Shown here: in pieces, positions 47,053 through 59,465 of the stretch
How the letters are laid out: each line of letters starts with the position of its first letter
Numbering within the stretch: the stretch's first letter is position 1
NCBI GenBank assembly: GCA_964016885.1
Contig: OZ024744.1
Location: 107,198,001-107,262,000, forward strand
Direction of reading: 5' to 3'
Source: Eledone cirrhosa
Lineage: Eukaryota
DNA length: 64,000 nucleotides
Position numbers and translations under genes: made by a program
The notes under the pieces: generated by a model
The model's input: only the letters and a program-made list of their open reading frames with translations
What the model was told of the DNA's origin: nothing
Databases searched by the model: none

Positions 47053-49067
47053 CTAATTAACAGAAAGAAAATAAAAAAAATAACAGCATTAATTTATTAA
47101 AATATACATAGATGGAATATGTGGGTGTTATAGTTTCTAGTGGAATGTGTAGCAAAGAGTATTTTAGAAAGCTACAGCAATGCCAATAGAACATGAAACA
47201 ATAACAAAGGTGTTGGAATGTTACCTTGGAAATATTCAATTGGTCCTTTGTATTTTAGGAATAAAATAAAATTTGGAGCAAATAAAATGTGTTTACTTCC
47301 TATGGCTGCAGTTGAATTAGTTTCTTTTGTCAAGATAATTAAATATTTCCAAGGTAACATTCCAACAAATTTGTTTTTGTTTGTTATTTTTAATGTTTTA
47401 TGATTTATTTGCATTGCCTTTTTTAAATACTGCTTTTTTAGACATTGATTAATCATAAACATTAGTGCCATTAAAATTACATTGTTGAAAGTAAATTAAA
47501 TTTTGTATGCATTTCCAAGATGAAAAACTGGGGAGGAGGATTTGCAGAATCATTAGAATGTCAGGCAAAATTCTTTGTGATATTAGTCCCTTACATTCTG
47601 AGTTCAAATCCTGCCTCAAATTCTTCATTATTATAACTACATTTCTTTATAAAAGGACAAGACTCTTGTTACATTGTTACCTAATTGCCCACTGCATTCG
47701 ACAGTCATTTACCCCATACTGTTTGAATTATATTTCATGATATATATCAACATATAACCTTCAATAGTGGGAAATTGTTAGAGTATTGAATTTGATATAT
47801 TTGTTCTGGCTCTCTACATGCTGAGCAAATACCACCAAGGCCAACTTTGCCATTCATCCATTCAAGGTTAATAAATAGTGTCACTCGAGTATGGGAGTTG
47901 ATCTCTCTCTCTCTCTAAGAAGAAAAATGTGCTCTGTAGGCATAAAATGTCTCGAAACATGCTGTATGTCATAACAGTACCTCTATAGTATCAGAGGCAG
48001 AATGTTAGTGTATTCAGTTATGATGTTTTGTAACTCCCAGTTCAAATTCTGTACCTCCTAAAAACATGGGAAGTAATGGTGACCTATCATATTTTTTCCA
48101 TCACCTACATGCTCTCTTACTTTTTACTCCAAAGACCCTCCAGAGGAACGCCATTTCGGCCACTTATATTCGCAATTATATTCTTTTGGTCCTTACCCAA
48201 GATTCATAACCTTAGGTAAGGGTTGGCACAAATACTGAATTGAAGAAAGCAAGTTTGGCTTTTACACCTTTCTTCTAATTACTGAAGGCTGAAGCTCATT
48301 ACTGCTGCAGTATGAATATTTTGTTGGCTGTGCTGCATACGGAGTAAAAACTGCACTGTTCATCAGCTAGACTGGACTCGACAATCTCCTTACATCTTTT
48401 TGCCAGACACTTACATCTTTTTGCCAGACACTCAGGGAGGCTTAACAAGGAGATCCTTCTGTAATAGCTAAACACGCTGTGTTCAATTCAGTATTTGTGC
48501 CAACCTATACCTAGGGTCATGAATCTTTGGTTATGACCAAAAGAATACAATCGCGAATACAAGTGGCTGAAATGGGGTTCCTCTGAAGGATCTTTGGAAT
48601 AACATTACTTGATAAAGTGCATAGCTCAAAGATCAGAGTCACTCCAGGTAGAGCCGTTACTTCTCCGAATTGAAAGATCACAGCTCTGATACTATGGGCA
48701 TGTGGTTAGAATGTCTTAGGGAAGATTTGCTGGACTGATTTTATGGGCAAAACCAGCCAGTGGGAGACCCAGGGGCAGACCCTGAGCAAGATGGTTGGAT
48801 AACATCCATGAGCTTGGCAAGTCTCGCTTGGGGATCCAACCAGATCAGTTGGAGATGGTTGCTTCAGACTGGACCTGCTGGAAGGAATGTTTGAGAACTC
48901 TGCCTCCATGACATTCTCAGGAATAAATGGGCAAAGAAGAAGACCTACACACCCAAATGGCAGTAAGAAAATGGCATCATACTGCTGAGTGAAACATTAC
49001 ATTCTGAAATAATGTATATTACATATGCACACAAACACACAATTTTATAACCATTAAAAATTCTCAC

Positions 49068-49173
49068 CTGAACCCGGGGCACCACTTTTTCTAGACATTC
49101 TGTGTTGCCAGATTTTAACAGGTCAGGTAAATTGCTAACTACACTGAGTTGCTGGGATTCATTTCGGCCAGAC
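49068..49173 (-). CDS. PPP4R4: PPP4R4 coding exon (SGRNESQQLSVVSNLPDLLKSGNTECLEKVVPRVQ), 106 bp; most 5' exon securely found
   Basis: gcag/gtgaga; matches Q..SVIANLP.L...E.L.RVLPKV; phase 2-0. Confidence 0.92.
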
Positions 49174-49809
49174 CTGCAAAATAAAGTTAATTTCTGTATG
49201 AATACTAAGAAAACAGAGTTTATGCAATTAGATACAACAGACCCAGGGAGGCAGATATATAAATATACATAATAAAATTTCATGCACTTAACATGTATGA
49301 GGTTTTAGGTTCCAGTTATAGCCACCACTGTATAGTAGAGGTACCATTCTAAAACACGCCTCTCTTGTCAAATCCAAGGATAGAATTTAAAAAAAAAAAA
49401 ATTGTTACTTCATGAAATATGGTCAAAGAGGAAGTAATTCCCCCCCCCCCTATAATATAATTATTGAAGATCCCTGTCGGTCACGAATGACCATCGCGGA
49501 AGATTTGCACCTAGAAAGTTTCCCTCCGAAACACAAGTTTGGGGAAGGTTGTTTGAGGAACACCAACAGTCACCCATGCCTCCCATCTCCATGCCACTGA
49601 TGATGTCCAAAGGAAAGGCAATGGCCGATACAGCTTGGCACCAGTGACGTCGCAACTCATTTCTACAGCTGAGTAAACTGGAGCAATGTGAAATAAAGTG
49701 TTTTGTCCAAAGATACAATGCATCACCCGGTCCAAGAATCGAACTCACAACCTTTCAATTGCAAGCTCAATGCTCTAACTACTTAGCCATATGCTTTCCC
49801 TATAATATA

Positions 49810-50555
49810 ATAATTGTTTCTATTTTAGGCACAAGGCCAGAAATTACCCAGTACATTACTGGTACTTTATTTTATCGACCCCGTAAGGATGAAAGGCAAA
49901 GTCAACCTCGGCGGGATTTGAACTCAGATCGTAAAGGGACGTAACTATGCTGGAAAGCATGGCGTCCAACCCTCTACCGATACTGCCAAACCAAATAATT
50001 GTTTCTACTATTGGCACAAGGCCAGAAAATTACCCAGTACATTACTGGTACTTTATTTTATCGACCCTGTAAGGATGAAAGGCAAAGTCAACCTCGGCGG
50101 GATTTGAACTCAGATCGTAAAGGGACGTAACTATGCTGGAAAGCATGGCGTCCAACCCTCTACCGATACTGCCAAACCAAATAATTGTTTCTACTATTGG
50201 CACAAGGCCAGAAAATTACCCAGTACATTACTGGTACTTTATTTTATCGACCCTGTAAGGATGAAAGGCAAAGTCAACCTCGGCGGGATTTGAACTCAGA
50301 TCGTAAAGGGACGTAACTATGCTGGAAAGCATGGCGTCCAACCCTCTACCGATACTGCCAAACCAAATAATTGTTTCTACTATTGGCACAAGGCCAGAAA
50401 TTACCCAGTACATTACTGGTACTTTATTTTATCGACCCTGTAAGGATGAAAGGCAAAGTCAACCTCGGCGGGATTTGAACTCAGATCGTAAAGGGACGTA
50501 ACTATGCTGGAAAGCATGGCGTCCAACCCTCTACCGATACTGCCAATCCACCGCC
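49810..50555 (-). mobile_element. Four head-to-tail near-identical SINE family B copies (~186-bp unit); further copies at 50610-50800 and 50920-51110
   Basis: 185-186 bp period read from recurring AATTGTTTCTA. Confidence 0.92.
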
Positions 50556-51514
50556 ATTATAATATAATAATACATCACTATATGTACAGAGAGGTGAATG
50601 TCATTTAATAATAATTGTTTCTACTTTTGGCACAAGGCCAGCAATTACCCAGTGCATTACCGGTACTTTATTTTATCGACCCCGTAAGAATGAAAGGTAA
50701 AGTCAACCTCGGCGGGATTTGAACTCAGACCATAAAGGGAGGTAACTCTATACTGCAAAGCATGGCGTCCAACCCTCTACCGATACTGCCAAACCAAATA
50801 ATAATGTATATATATATATAATGTGTGTGACTTAAATTAAAAGACCTTAAATACCAAGGGAGATCATTCTCTCTGGGAAATTTTGGGAGGCTGGACGAAT
50901 TCCTTCTCTCAAATGCATAATTTTTTCTACTTTTGGCACAAGGCCAGTAATTACCCAGTACATTACTGGTACTTTATTTTATCGACCCTGTAAGGATGAA
51001 AGGCACAGTTAACCTCGACGGGATTTGAACTCAGAATGGCAAGGGCCGTAACTCTATGCGTCAAAGCATGGCGTCCGACGCCTCTACCGATACTGCCAAT
51101 CCACCGCCCTTCTCTCATATGCATAATGAAGGCTGTATAGGCAGGTCTGAATAGAGATGTGTGTTATCTAGTGTGTAAGATATTTTGTAAAACTTAAACC
51201 ACTTCTAAGAGCTAGAGTATGTAATTTTGTAAGCCTTAAACCTCTTTTTTTTAAAATATTTTCCTAACAATTTCCTAAAATTATTTTGCAAGGATTATAC
51301 TCCAAGATGCTCCCCTCACCAAACTTGCTAACTTCTCCATGAACCTATTTTTCTGCCACCTATACACACACACACACACAAGAAATACACAACATCACAA
51401 AGACCCTTGTATTTTTCATATATACATATATATATTTCAAGGCTTGCTGGACACACAAACCAAAACTGCTTGGCACCACAGTTGGGATTTTACATATCTC
51501 TAAATTATATATAT

Positions 51515-52066
51515 GAGAAATTAGGAATAAGAGGGATCAGATGCTGCTTACTTGAGAGGAGATTACATTGGTATGGTCATGTGATGCGCATGAAAGACAA
51601 CAGCTGTATAAAAAAGTGCAGGGAGATCAAAATTGATGGAAGCTATGGAGTAGAAAAACTTTGGACAACACATCTCTCTAAGACAATGTCACTGGATCGA
51701 GACCTTTGGCGCTACGCAGTAATACAGAAGGCCCACCTTCTCTACGTACAAAGTTAACCTACAGTCAGTAGACACTTCTTAACCAAATTTACACCCGCTT
51801 CCACCCACACCACCCTTTCTCTGTAAAATTATGTTGAATATGCAGAATATCCAGAAAGTGGTCGTGTAGGAGCCACGGTAAAAAGGCTCCCAGTCCACAC
51901 TGTAAATGTGGTTGGTGTTAGGAAGGGCATCCAGTCGTAGAAAACCTGCCAGATACAGTCCTATATGAGCGAGACACGGTCACCAGACCAATCTTGCCTC
52001 AAGTGGGACAATTCCCGTCAAACCCATGCTAGCGTGGAAAATAGACGTTAAACGATGATGATGATA
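51515..52066 (+). mobile_element. RTE LINE 3' fragment
   Basis: EKLGIRGIRCCLLERRLHWYGHVMRM, same family as 57.9-58.5 kb. Confidence 0.88.
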
Positions 52067-52499
52067 TATAAGTTATATATGTAAGTATATACATATAGTA
52101 GTTGCTGAATTCTAAGTATGTAAAAAGCTTTCCTTTATCTTCAAATGAGTATTTTCCATTCAAAATATATATCCCTTCAATTCATTATTCTGTTTTGCTA
52201 CATCTATTTATAAATGAAATTTGGGAATATCTATAACATATCATATTTTCTGTTTCGCTCCATTATCTACAAATGAACTTAGGTTATATCTTTAATAGCT
52301 CTTGTATCATTGGTGCCTGTGACTCCTCTCTCATTTTCACTCCCACCCACCCAGACTTATCACCATAGCAAACCACAGCAATACAAATAGGTCTTAACTC
52401 TTTACTCATAGACTATAAAAAAAAAGTACTAGTACAACAACTATCGATGTTATGGACTTGGTTGTTTGTATTATGGATGCAAGTATGAATATTAATCCA

Positions 52500-53025
52500 C
52501 CATTCATCTCCAAGCCACCACACAAATTCTCTTCTTTATTTCATCTCCCACTCCCTTCCCCGAGTGTTTATCTTCCTCTTCTGGTGAACTCCCAAACTTC
52601 AGAGCTGTCACAATCAATGTGGGCACAATGAAAGGAAGACCAGGAGAGGTTGTAGAGATACTGGAGTGAAAGAAAGTTGATGTGTGTTGTGTACAAGAGA
52701 CTAGATGGAGAGGAATGTCAACTAGACTTTTTGTAGGCAAAAAACTATGCTACAAATGTTTCTGGGTAGGCAATGACAACAGGCTGGGTGGAGTAGGTAT
52801 TATGTTAGCAGAGAAATGGGTAGATAAAGTAATTGTTGTAAATATAGTAAATGATAGAATAATTAAACTGAGACTAGTCCTAAATAGAACAACTGTAACA
52901 ATTATATCTGTATATACACCTCATTCTGGACTGTCAGTTGAACTGAAAAGTGGATTTAACGAATCCCTAATGCACATTACCTCCCTAATGAGTGATAGTG
53001 ACTTCATAATCATTGCAGGTGACTA
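52500..53025 (+). mobile_element. RTE LINE endonuclease fragment
   Basis: CCVQETRWRG, GVGIMLAEKW, IIAGD. Confidence 0.85.
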
Positions 53026-53169
53026 GAGGATAACCACACCCTAAGTTTCTTCCATCCTGTCCTTATTCTAACTACTATGCTCCCTGAGTATCCCCCTACA
53101 GAGCTAATTATATCACCTAGGTAGAAGAAACTATCAACCACTTCTATGGATCCTTCCTAGGATGAGAAA

Positions 53170-53485
53170 AGATTTTTATTATTGGCACTCTTACTCTCAA
53201 CTGACACTGAGGACCAGATCATCGGCATATAGAAGTTCTCATGGATAACCAGTCTTAAAAACTTCTGTTATGGTCTGGAGGTCTAGGATAAAAAGGAGTG
53301 GGTTAAGAACTGAGCCCTGATAGACTCCCTACCTGTACCTTGAATTCCTCACTAAACTCACTTCCTACTCTCACTTTACTGATAGCTCCTCTGTATATGA
53401 CTTGCACTGCTATCGCCAACCATTCTTCCACACCTAAATTCCTTAAGGACTACCAGATGGCCAATCGGGGTATTCTCTAGATCAA
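53170..53485 (-). mobile_element. RTE reverse-transcriptase fragment
   Basis: Translated by eye: LGVEEWL..VQ..Y, QGSVLNPLLF, ELLYADDL. Confidence 0.75.
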
Positions 53486-54529
53486 AGGGTCTCAATCCAT
53501 TTCCACCAAATGCCCTCCTTTTGCCCCTCAAAATCATGAAACGCCTCCTACCCTATTTTTCCATTTTTCAATACACCACTGATTTTGATAACAGTAGATT
53601 ACTGGGCCAAATCAAGTTATGTTAGAATCTTTAAAAAGATCTTTAAAAAATACTCGTATGAATTAAATGCAAAAAAGTTTCAGTCCAAAACAAAAGCAAG
53701 CTATTTCAAATTATCTAAACTATAATAAAGTAAGAAGCGTGGGACTGCGTACGGTTTATAATTTTTTATCCCCTTAGTAAAATAAGTTGGATTACTTTGA
53801 ATAAATAATGAACGAATATTACATAATTTATCTACTAAATTTTGTGGCTGTTCATTAAATATATTTTATTACTTATTTAAAGATTCACTTCTTTAAAATT
53901 TTCAAATGTCAACACTTCTGGTTAGCGATCGTTTAAATAAATATTCATATATTTCTGTCACTAATTTTCTCCTAATGCAGTTTATATATAATATCGTCTT
54001 TTTTTAATCTATCATGGATTACGTTACTGATTACATAAGACAGCGTAACACAGTCTTCGTTCAATTTCTGTGTATATTGTCAATTACGATTTTATTTGAT
54101 GTATCATATCTACATGTATATATACTTATGTTTAATATCAATATACACACTACACATGCTAGCAGAAAACCACCTGAAGAGTGGTTTTTCTGCTAGTATA
54201 TTTAAAAAAAAAAGACGTGAATGTTCTCAAAGATTTGATCTCAGTCGAAAAAGCATTTTTTTTTAAAATTCTATATTTCACTGTTAGCTGTTGTAATATT
54301 TTGAGTGGATAGACCATTCTACAATTCAAACTGTAAAGTCAAAATACAAAAGATGTAAAATATGAATACATTCTTACTTTTCTCTTGAATCACAAACTCA
54401 AGCAAAAAATAGTACCTTGCAAAATAAAGTGCCTTGATCACAAACTTAGTTGCAACGAATGAATTGAGATGCTTGGTGACAGTGAACAAACAATATCTGT
54501 ATCCCTTATATATATATATATATATTAAT

Positions 54530-57500
54530 TTTGGCCGAAAATTCTAGGATTTATAAAATGGCCTCCTTGTCCCTCTTAATCTTTACCCCCCTCCCCCTAT
54601 ATCGTATACGCGCCTGCTGGTTCACCCTTTCAATCACTCCCTTCTCTCACCAAATATAAATAAACCTGTTACGAGGTCTTGGTCCATTCATTCATATATC
54701 CGTATCATCGCCCAGAATCCAATCTTTTGCTCTCTCTCAATGCTATTCTATAATTCTGTCTGGTTGTTCTAAATAATCTTCTTGTATTTTAAAATCCCAT
54801 TATTCGCTTATTACTGTTATATGCTTGTCCAATTATGCCCAAAATTCGAAGATTTTATTTAAACCCTCTCGCTAACTACCCCATACCCCTCCCACCCGCC
54901 CCCACTCTCCACCATTATTATTAGGACCAATCATAAGTCAGCGGCCTATGCTATCACTTCTGGTTGCTTTTCGATATGATGGATAGACTAAGGAATTCTG
55001 GAGAGTCTGAAAAATCTGGACACTCAGTGACAATGCCAAAGATAAAGACAAATTCACCTCATGCTGCTGGACGAAAATGCAAGAACTCCCCCTCTTTGTT
55101 TCGGCCACAGATGGCCAACATAACCCCAACCCCCTCACCCCGTTCCCACCCACCAAACGCAATCCAAAACTTCAGAGTTGGTACCATGAATGTAGGCACC
55201 TTAAAAGGTCGCTCTAACGAGGTTGTAGAATTGCTTGAACGTAAGGAGGTTAATGTTTGCTGTATCCAAGAGACCAGGTGGAGGGGTGGGTCTGCTAGAT
55301 TCATTGTGGGTAAAAAATGATGCTATAAGCTTTTAGGGGTGGGAAATGACAATGGGCTGGGTGGGGTAGGAATCATGTTAGCAGAAAAATGGGTAGGTAA
55401 GATAATAGGCGTAAATAGAGTGAACGACAGAATAATTAAAATAAGACTTGTCCTAAATAGAACTACTGTGACAGTAATATCTGCGTATGCACCCCAATCC
55501 GGACTGCCTGCCGCTATAAAAGACAGATTCTATGAGACATTGATGCTCACTACCTCCCAAATAACCGACAGTGACTACATAATTATTGCTGGCGACCTAA
55601 ATGGTCACGGTGGACAACATTGTGACGGAATCCATGGAGGCTATGGGTTTGGTACTAGAAATGAGGAAGGCTCCAGAATCCTGGAATTCTGTGACGCAAA
55701 TAACCTAACTATCTGTAACACTAACTTCAAAAAATGAGACAATCACTTGATCACCCAGGGGAACACGCCAGTCAGATAGATTATATCCTTACCAGAAGAC
55801 GTGATAGAGTGTCTGATCTAAACACTAAATCCCTCCCCCATGAAGAATCACCTCCCAACATAGACTCATAGTCAGCGACCTCATAGTCAGGACGAGACGT
55901 ACTCGACAACAGAAGAGGACTACCCTCAGGAGAAAAATATGGAAGTTAAAGAACCCCACAGCTAGTAATAAATTTAAAAGCATATTACTTGATGCTTTCG
56001 ACAGTAAGGAAGAGCAATTAGAGTCGTACAATATAGAGGAACAGTGGGAATTTCTGAAAGCTAACCTGCTGATGGCGGCAGATGAAGTCTGTGGCTGGAG
56101 CAGGCCTATAGGCAGGAGTAGAGTAACGTGGTGGTGGAACAGTAAGGTGGAGGAGCCAATTAAGGCCAAAAAGCAGGCTTGGAAAGCATGGCGGGATGGG
56201 GGAAGTAGAGAAGACTATCAAGTGGCCAGGAGGGAAGCTAGGAGACAAGTGTACTTCGCAAGAAGGGAAGCAGAGGACCAAAAACGTGAGGTGTTCAGGA
56301 TTGCTATGCAATGTGTCAAGGAAAACCGTGATATTGTCGGGGAGAAGCGTGTCCTTAATGATGATGGTGTACTTGCCATCACTGACGCTGATAAGAAGGT
56401 AGCTTGGAAGTGTCACTACTAAATGAGGAGAATAAATGGGAGAAAGACAGTCTCCCCCACATCGATCCAATAGAGGGACCAGCAGTGCTAGTTGAAGGTA
56501 GTATAATAAGTAAGGCAATGAAAGATATGAAGATGGGTAAGGCAGCTGGGCCTTCGGAAATAGTTGCTGAAATGCTGAAAGCATCTGGAATGGTGGGACA
56601 CACTATGGTCACCCGGATAGTAAACCAAGTCATACAGAATGGGGTCGTTCCGAAGGACTGGCGCAACAGCATCATCATTAACTGCTACAAGGGTAAAGGA
56701 GATGCCCTAGATAGGGTAAACTATAGAGGCATTAAATTAATTGACCAGGTCATGAAGGTCACAGAAAAAGTAATAGTGCAACTAAACAGAGAGCGAATTG
56801 ATCTAGACGAAATGCAGTTCGGGTTTGTGTCAGGTAAAAGTACAACAGACGCTCTTTTCATTGTATGACAACTACAGGAGAAGTACCTAGCTAAAAGTAA
56901 ACCTCTATACTTAGCTTTTGTTGACTTGGAGAAAGCCTTTGACAGAGTACACCACTCGATTATCTGGTGGGCCCTGAGAAAAATAGGTGTTGATGAATGG
57001 CTTGTGAGAGCTATACAAGCCATATAAAGAAACAGTCAGCAAGGTTAGAATTAACAATGAATATAGTGAAGAGTTTAGCGTAAAAGTTGGTGTTTATCAG
57101 GGCTCCATTCTTAGTCCCCTTCTATTTATTATTGCCCTTTATGCTATAACAGAGGAGTTCAAAACCGGCTGCCCATGGGAACTCCTATATGCAGATGATC
57201 TAACGCTCATAGCTGAATCAATGGCTGAACTAGAGAAGAAATTCCAAACATGGAAGCATGGCCTAGAATCAAAAGGCCTTAAAGTTAACTTGTCTAAGAC
57301 TAAAGTTCTAGTTTGTAGGAAGGAAAATAGGGCACCGGTCCCATCTGGGAAATGGCCATGCTCAGTGTGTAGGAAAGGAGTAGGCAGAAACTCCATTTTA
57401 TGTCCCAAATGCAAAGTATGGGTGCATAAAAGATGTAGTGGGATCACAGGTAAGCTAACTAAGAATATAGATTTTATATGTGGCCGGTGCTCTGGTGCAA

Positions 57501-58540
57501 TAAGTAGCAGCAAGTGTTCACAGGATACTAGCTCATTCCATTGCACAGATGGTTCTATAGAAATAGTGGACACCTTCCGTTACCTGGGTGACAAAATCAG
57601 CAGTGGGGGAGGGTGCTTTGAAAGTACAGTAGCTAGAGTCAGAACGGGGGGAGGGGGGTTGGAAAAAGTTCAGAGAGCTTATACCACTATTGGCCGCTAA
57701 AGGGTTCTCTCTAAAAATGAAAGGCAGGCTGTATGATGCCTGCATTCGAACAACAATGTTACATGGCAGTGAGACATGGGCATTGTGTGCAGAGGATATA
57801 CGCAGACTGGAGAGGAACGAAGCTTGCATGCTCCGCTGGATGTGTAATAGTAATATACGTGAACGGCAAAGCATAAACGAACTAAGGGAGAAATTAGGAA
57901 TAAGAGGGATCAGATGTTGTTTGCTCAAGAGAAGACTACGTTGGTATGGCCACGTGATGCGCATGAAAGACGACAGCTGTATAAAAAAGTGCAGGGCGAT
58001 AAAAATAGACGGTAGCCACGGAGTAGGCAGACCCAGAAAAACCTGGGACGACTTGATAAATTCCGACCTCACACACTTACACCTCTCCAAGACAATGTCA
58101 CTGGACCGAGATCTTTGGCGCTACACAGTAATACAGAAGATCCGCCTTGCCTAAGTACAAAGCGAAACCTACTGTCAGTAGGCACCTCTAACAAAATACA
58201 CCCCTGTCCCACTACCCCATCCACACCACCCCTTTCAATGTGAAGTTATGTTGGTACCACAACATCCAGTCTGAAACAAATGAGGTCATGTAGGTGTCAC
58301 GACAAAAAAAACACACAGTCCACGCTGTAATGTGGCCGTGTAGGTAACACGGTAAAAACCTCCCAGTTCTACACTGTAAATGTGGTTGGTGTTAGGAAGG
58401 GCATCCAGCCGTAGAAAACCCGCCAGACAGTCCTATACGAGCAGGACAACCAATCTTGTCTCAAGTGGGAAAACTCCCGTCCAAACCCATGCAAGCGTGG
58501 AAGATGGACGTTAAACGATGATGATAATGATGATGATGAT
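54530..58540 (+). mobile_element. Near full-length RTE-clade LINE (APE + RT + PHD-type finger), inactivated by stops/frameshifts, antisense to host gene
   Basis: MNVGTL, QETRW, YAPQ, GDLNGH, KAAGP, NYRGIKL, QFGF, FVDLEKAFD, QGSILSP, YADD, RYLG, RLRWYGHV; (GAT)n tail. Confidence 0.93.
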
Positions 58541-58628
58541 ACACTGAGGTATCCACAGTAAGTTGTGGGGTCTATTCTGCATGAAGAACTCGATGTAATC
58601 CATATGTTGAAAATGATAAATCTCGGAA

Positions 58629-58676
<48 letters not shown>

Positions 58677-59424
58677 GATAGATACACACACACACACACA
58701 TGCACGCGCACTAACACACACACAAACAAACTTGTGTGTGTGCCTTGTTTTTGGTACAGGAAGAATTTTGTCTCCAGTTTTTATTGCCGGGTCAAAGGCC
58801 ACTGCTCTTTTCAACGTCAAATAACAACGCCATATATATATATATAGATAGATAGATAGAGAGAGAGAAAGAGGGAGAGACAGAGAGAGTAAGAAATCTG
58901 TGTGTGTGTGAGTTTGGTACACGTCTATCTATCTATATATCTATCTCTCCAACAGGGGGTTCATAAATTAAGTACCAGTTGTAAACTGGGATCGATGTAA
59001 TCGACGGGACACTAAACCCTAAATTTCATGCCTTGTGCCTATAGTAGAAATGATTATAACTGGTGAAAACCATCTCCCACCACCACGTTTGGCCCACTGT
59101 GCCTCTCCTCCAGGACGTAATGGCCCTTTTATGTCCCTCAGTTTGAGACCCCTCTTCTACACACATACATATATATATATACACGCTTTACTTTTTTTCT
59201 GTCTCTGGACTACGCCATGCTGGAGCATCACCTTGGTAAGTTATGGGGACGCCAACAAACCAACAAGCATTGGTGGGAGCGCAAACACAAACGCAAAGAC
59301 ACACAGACATATATACGACGCGCTTCTTTTAGTTTCGCTCTATCAAATCCACTCAGAGGGCTTTGGTCGGCCCAGGCAGTGGGACTGAACCTGGAAACGT
59401 GGTTGGGAAGCAAGCTTCTTGTCA

Positions 59425-59465
<41 letters not shown>

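Noticed and set aside
58540-58575. TPQLTVD-like peptide resembling PPP4R4 exon 2
   Set aside because: Weak acceptor, too short, runs into the LINE tail and has no compatible donor.
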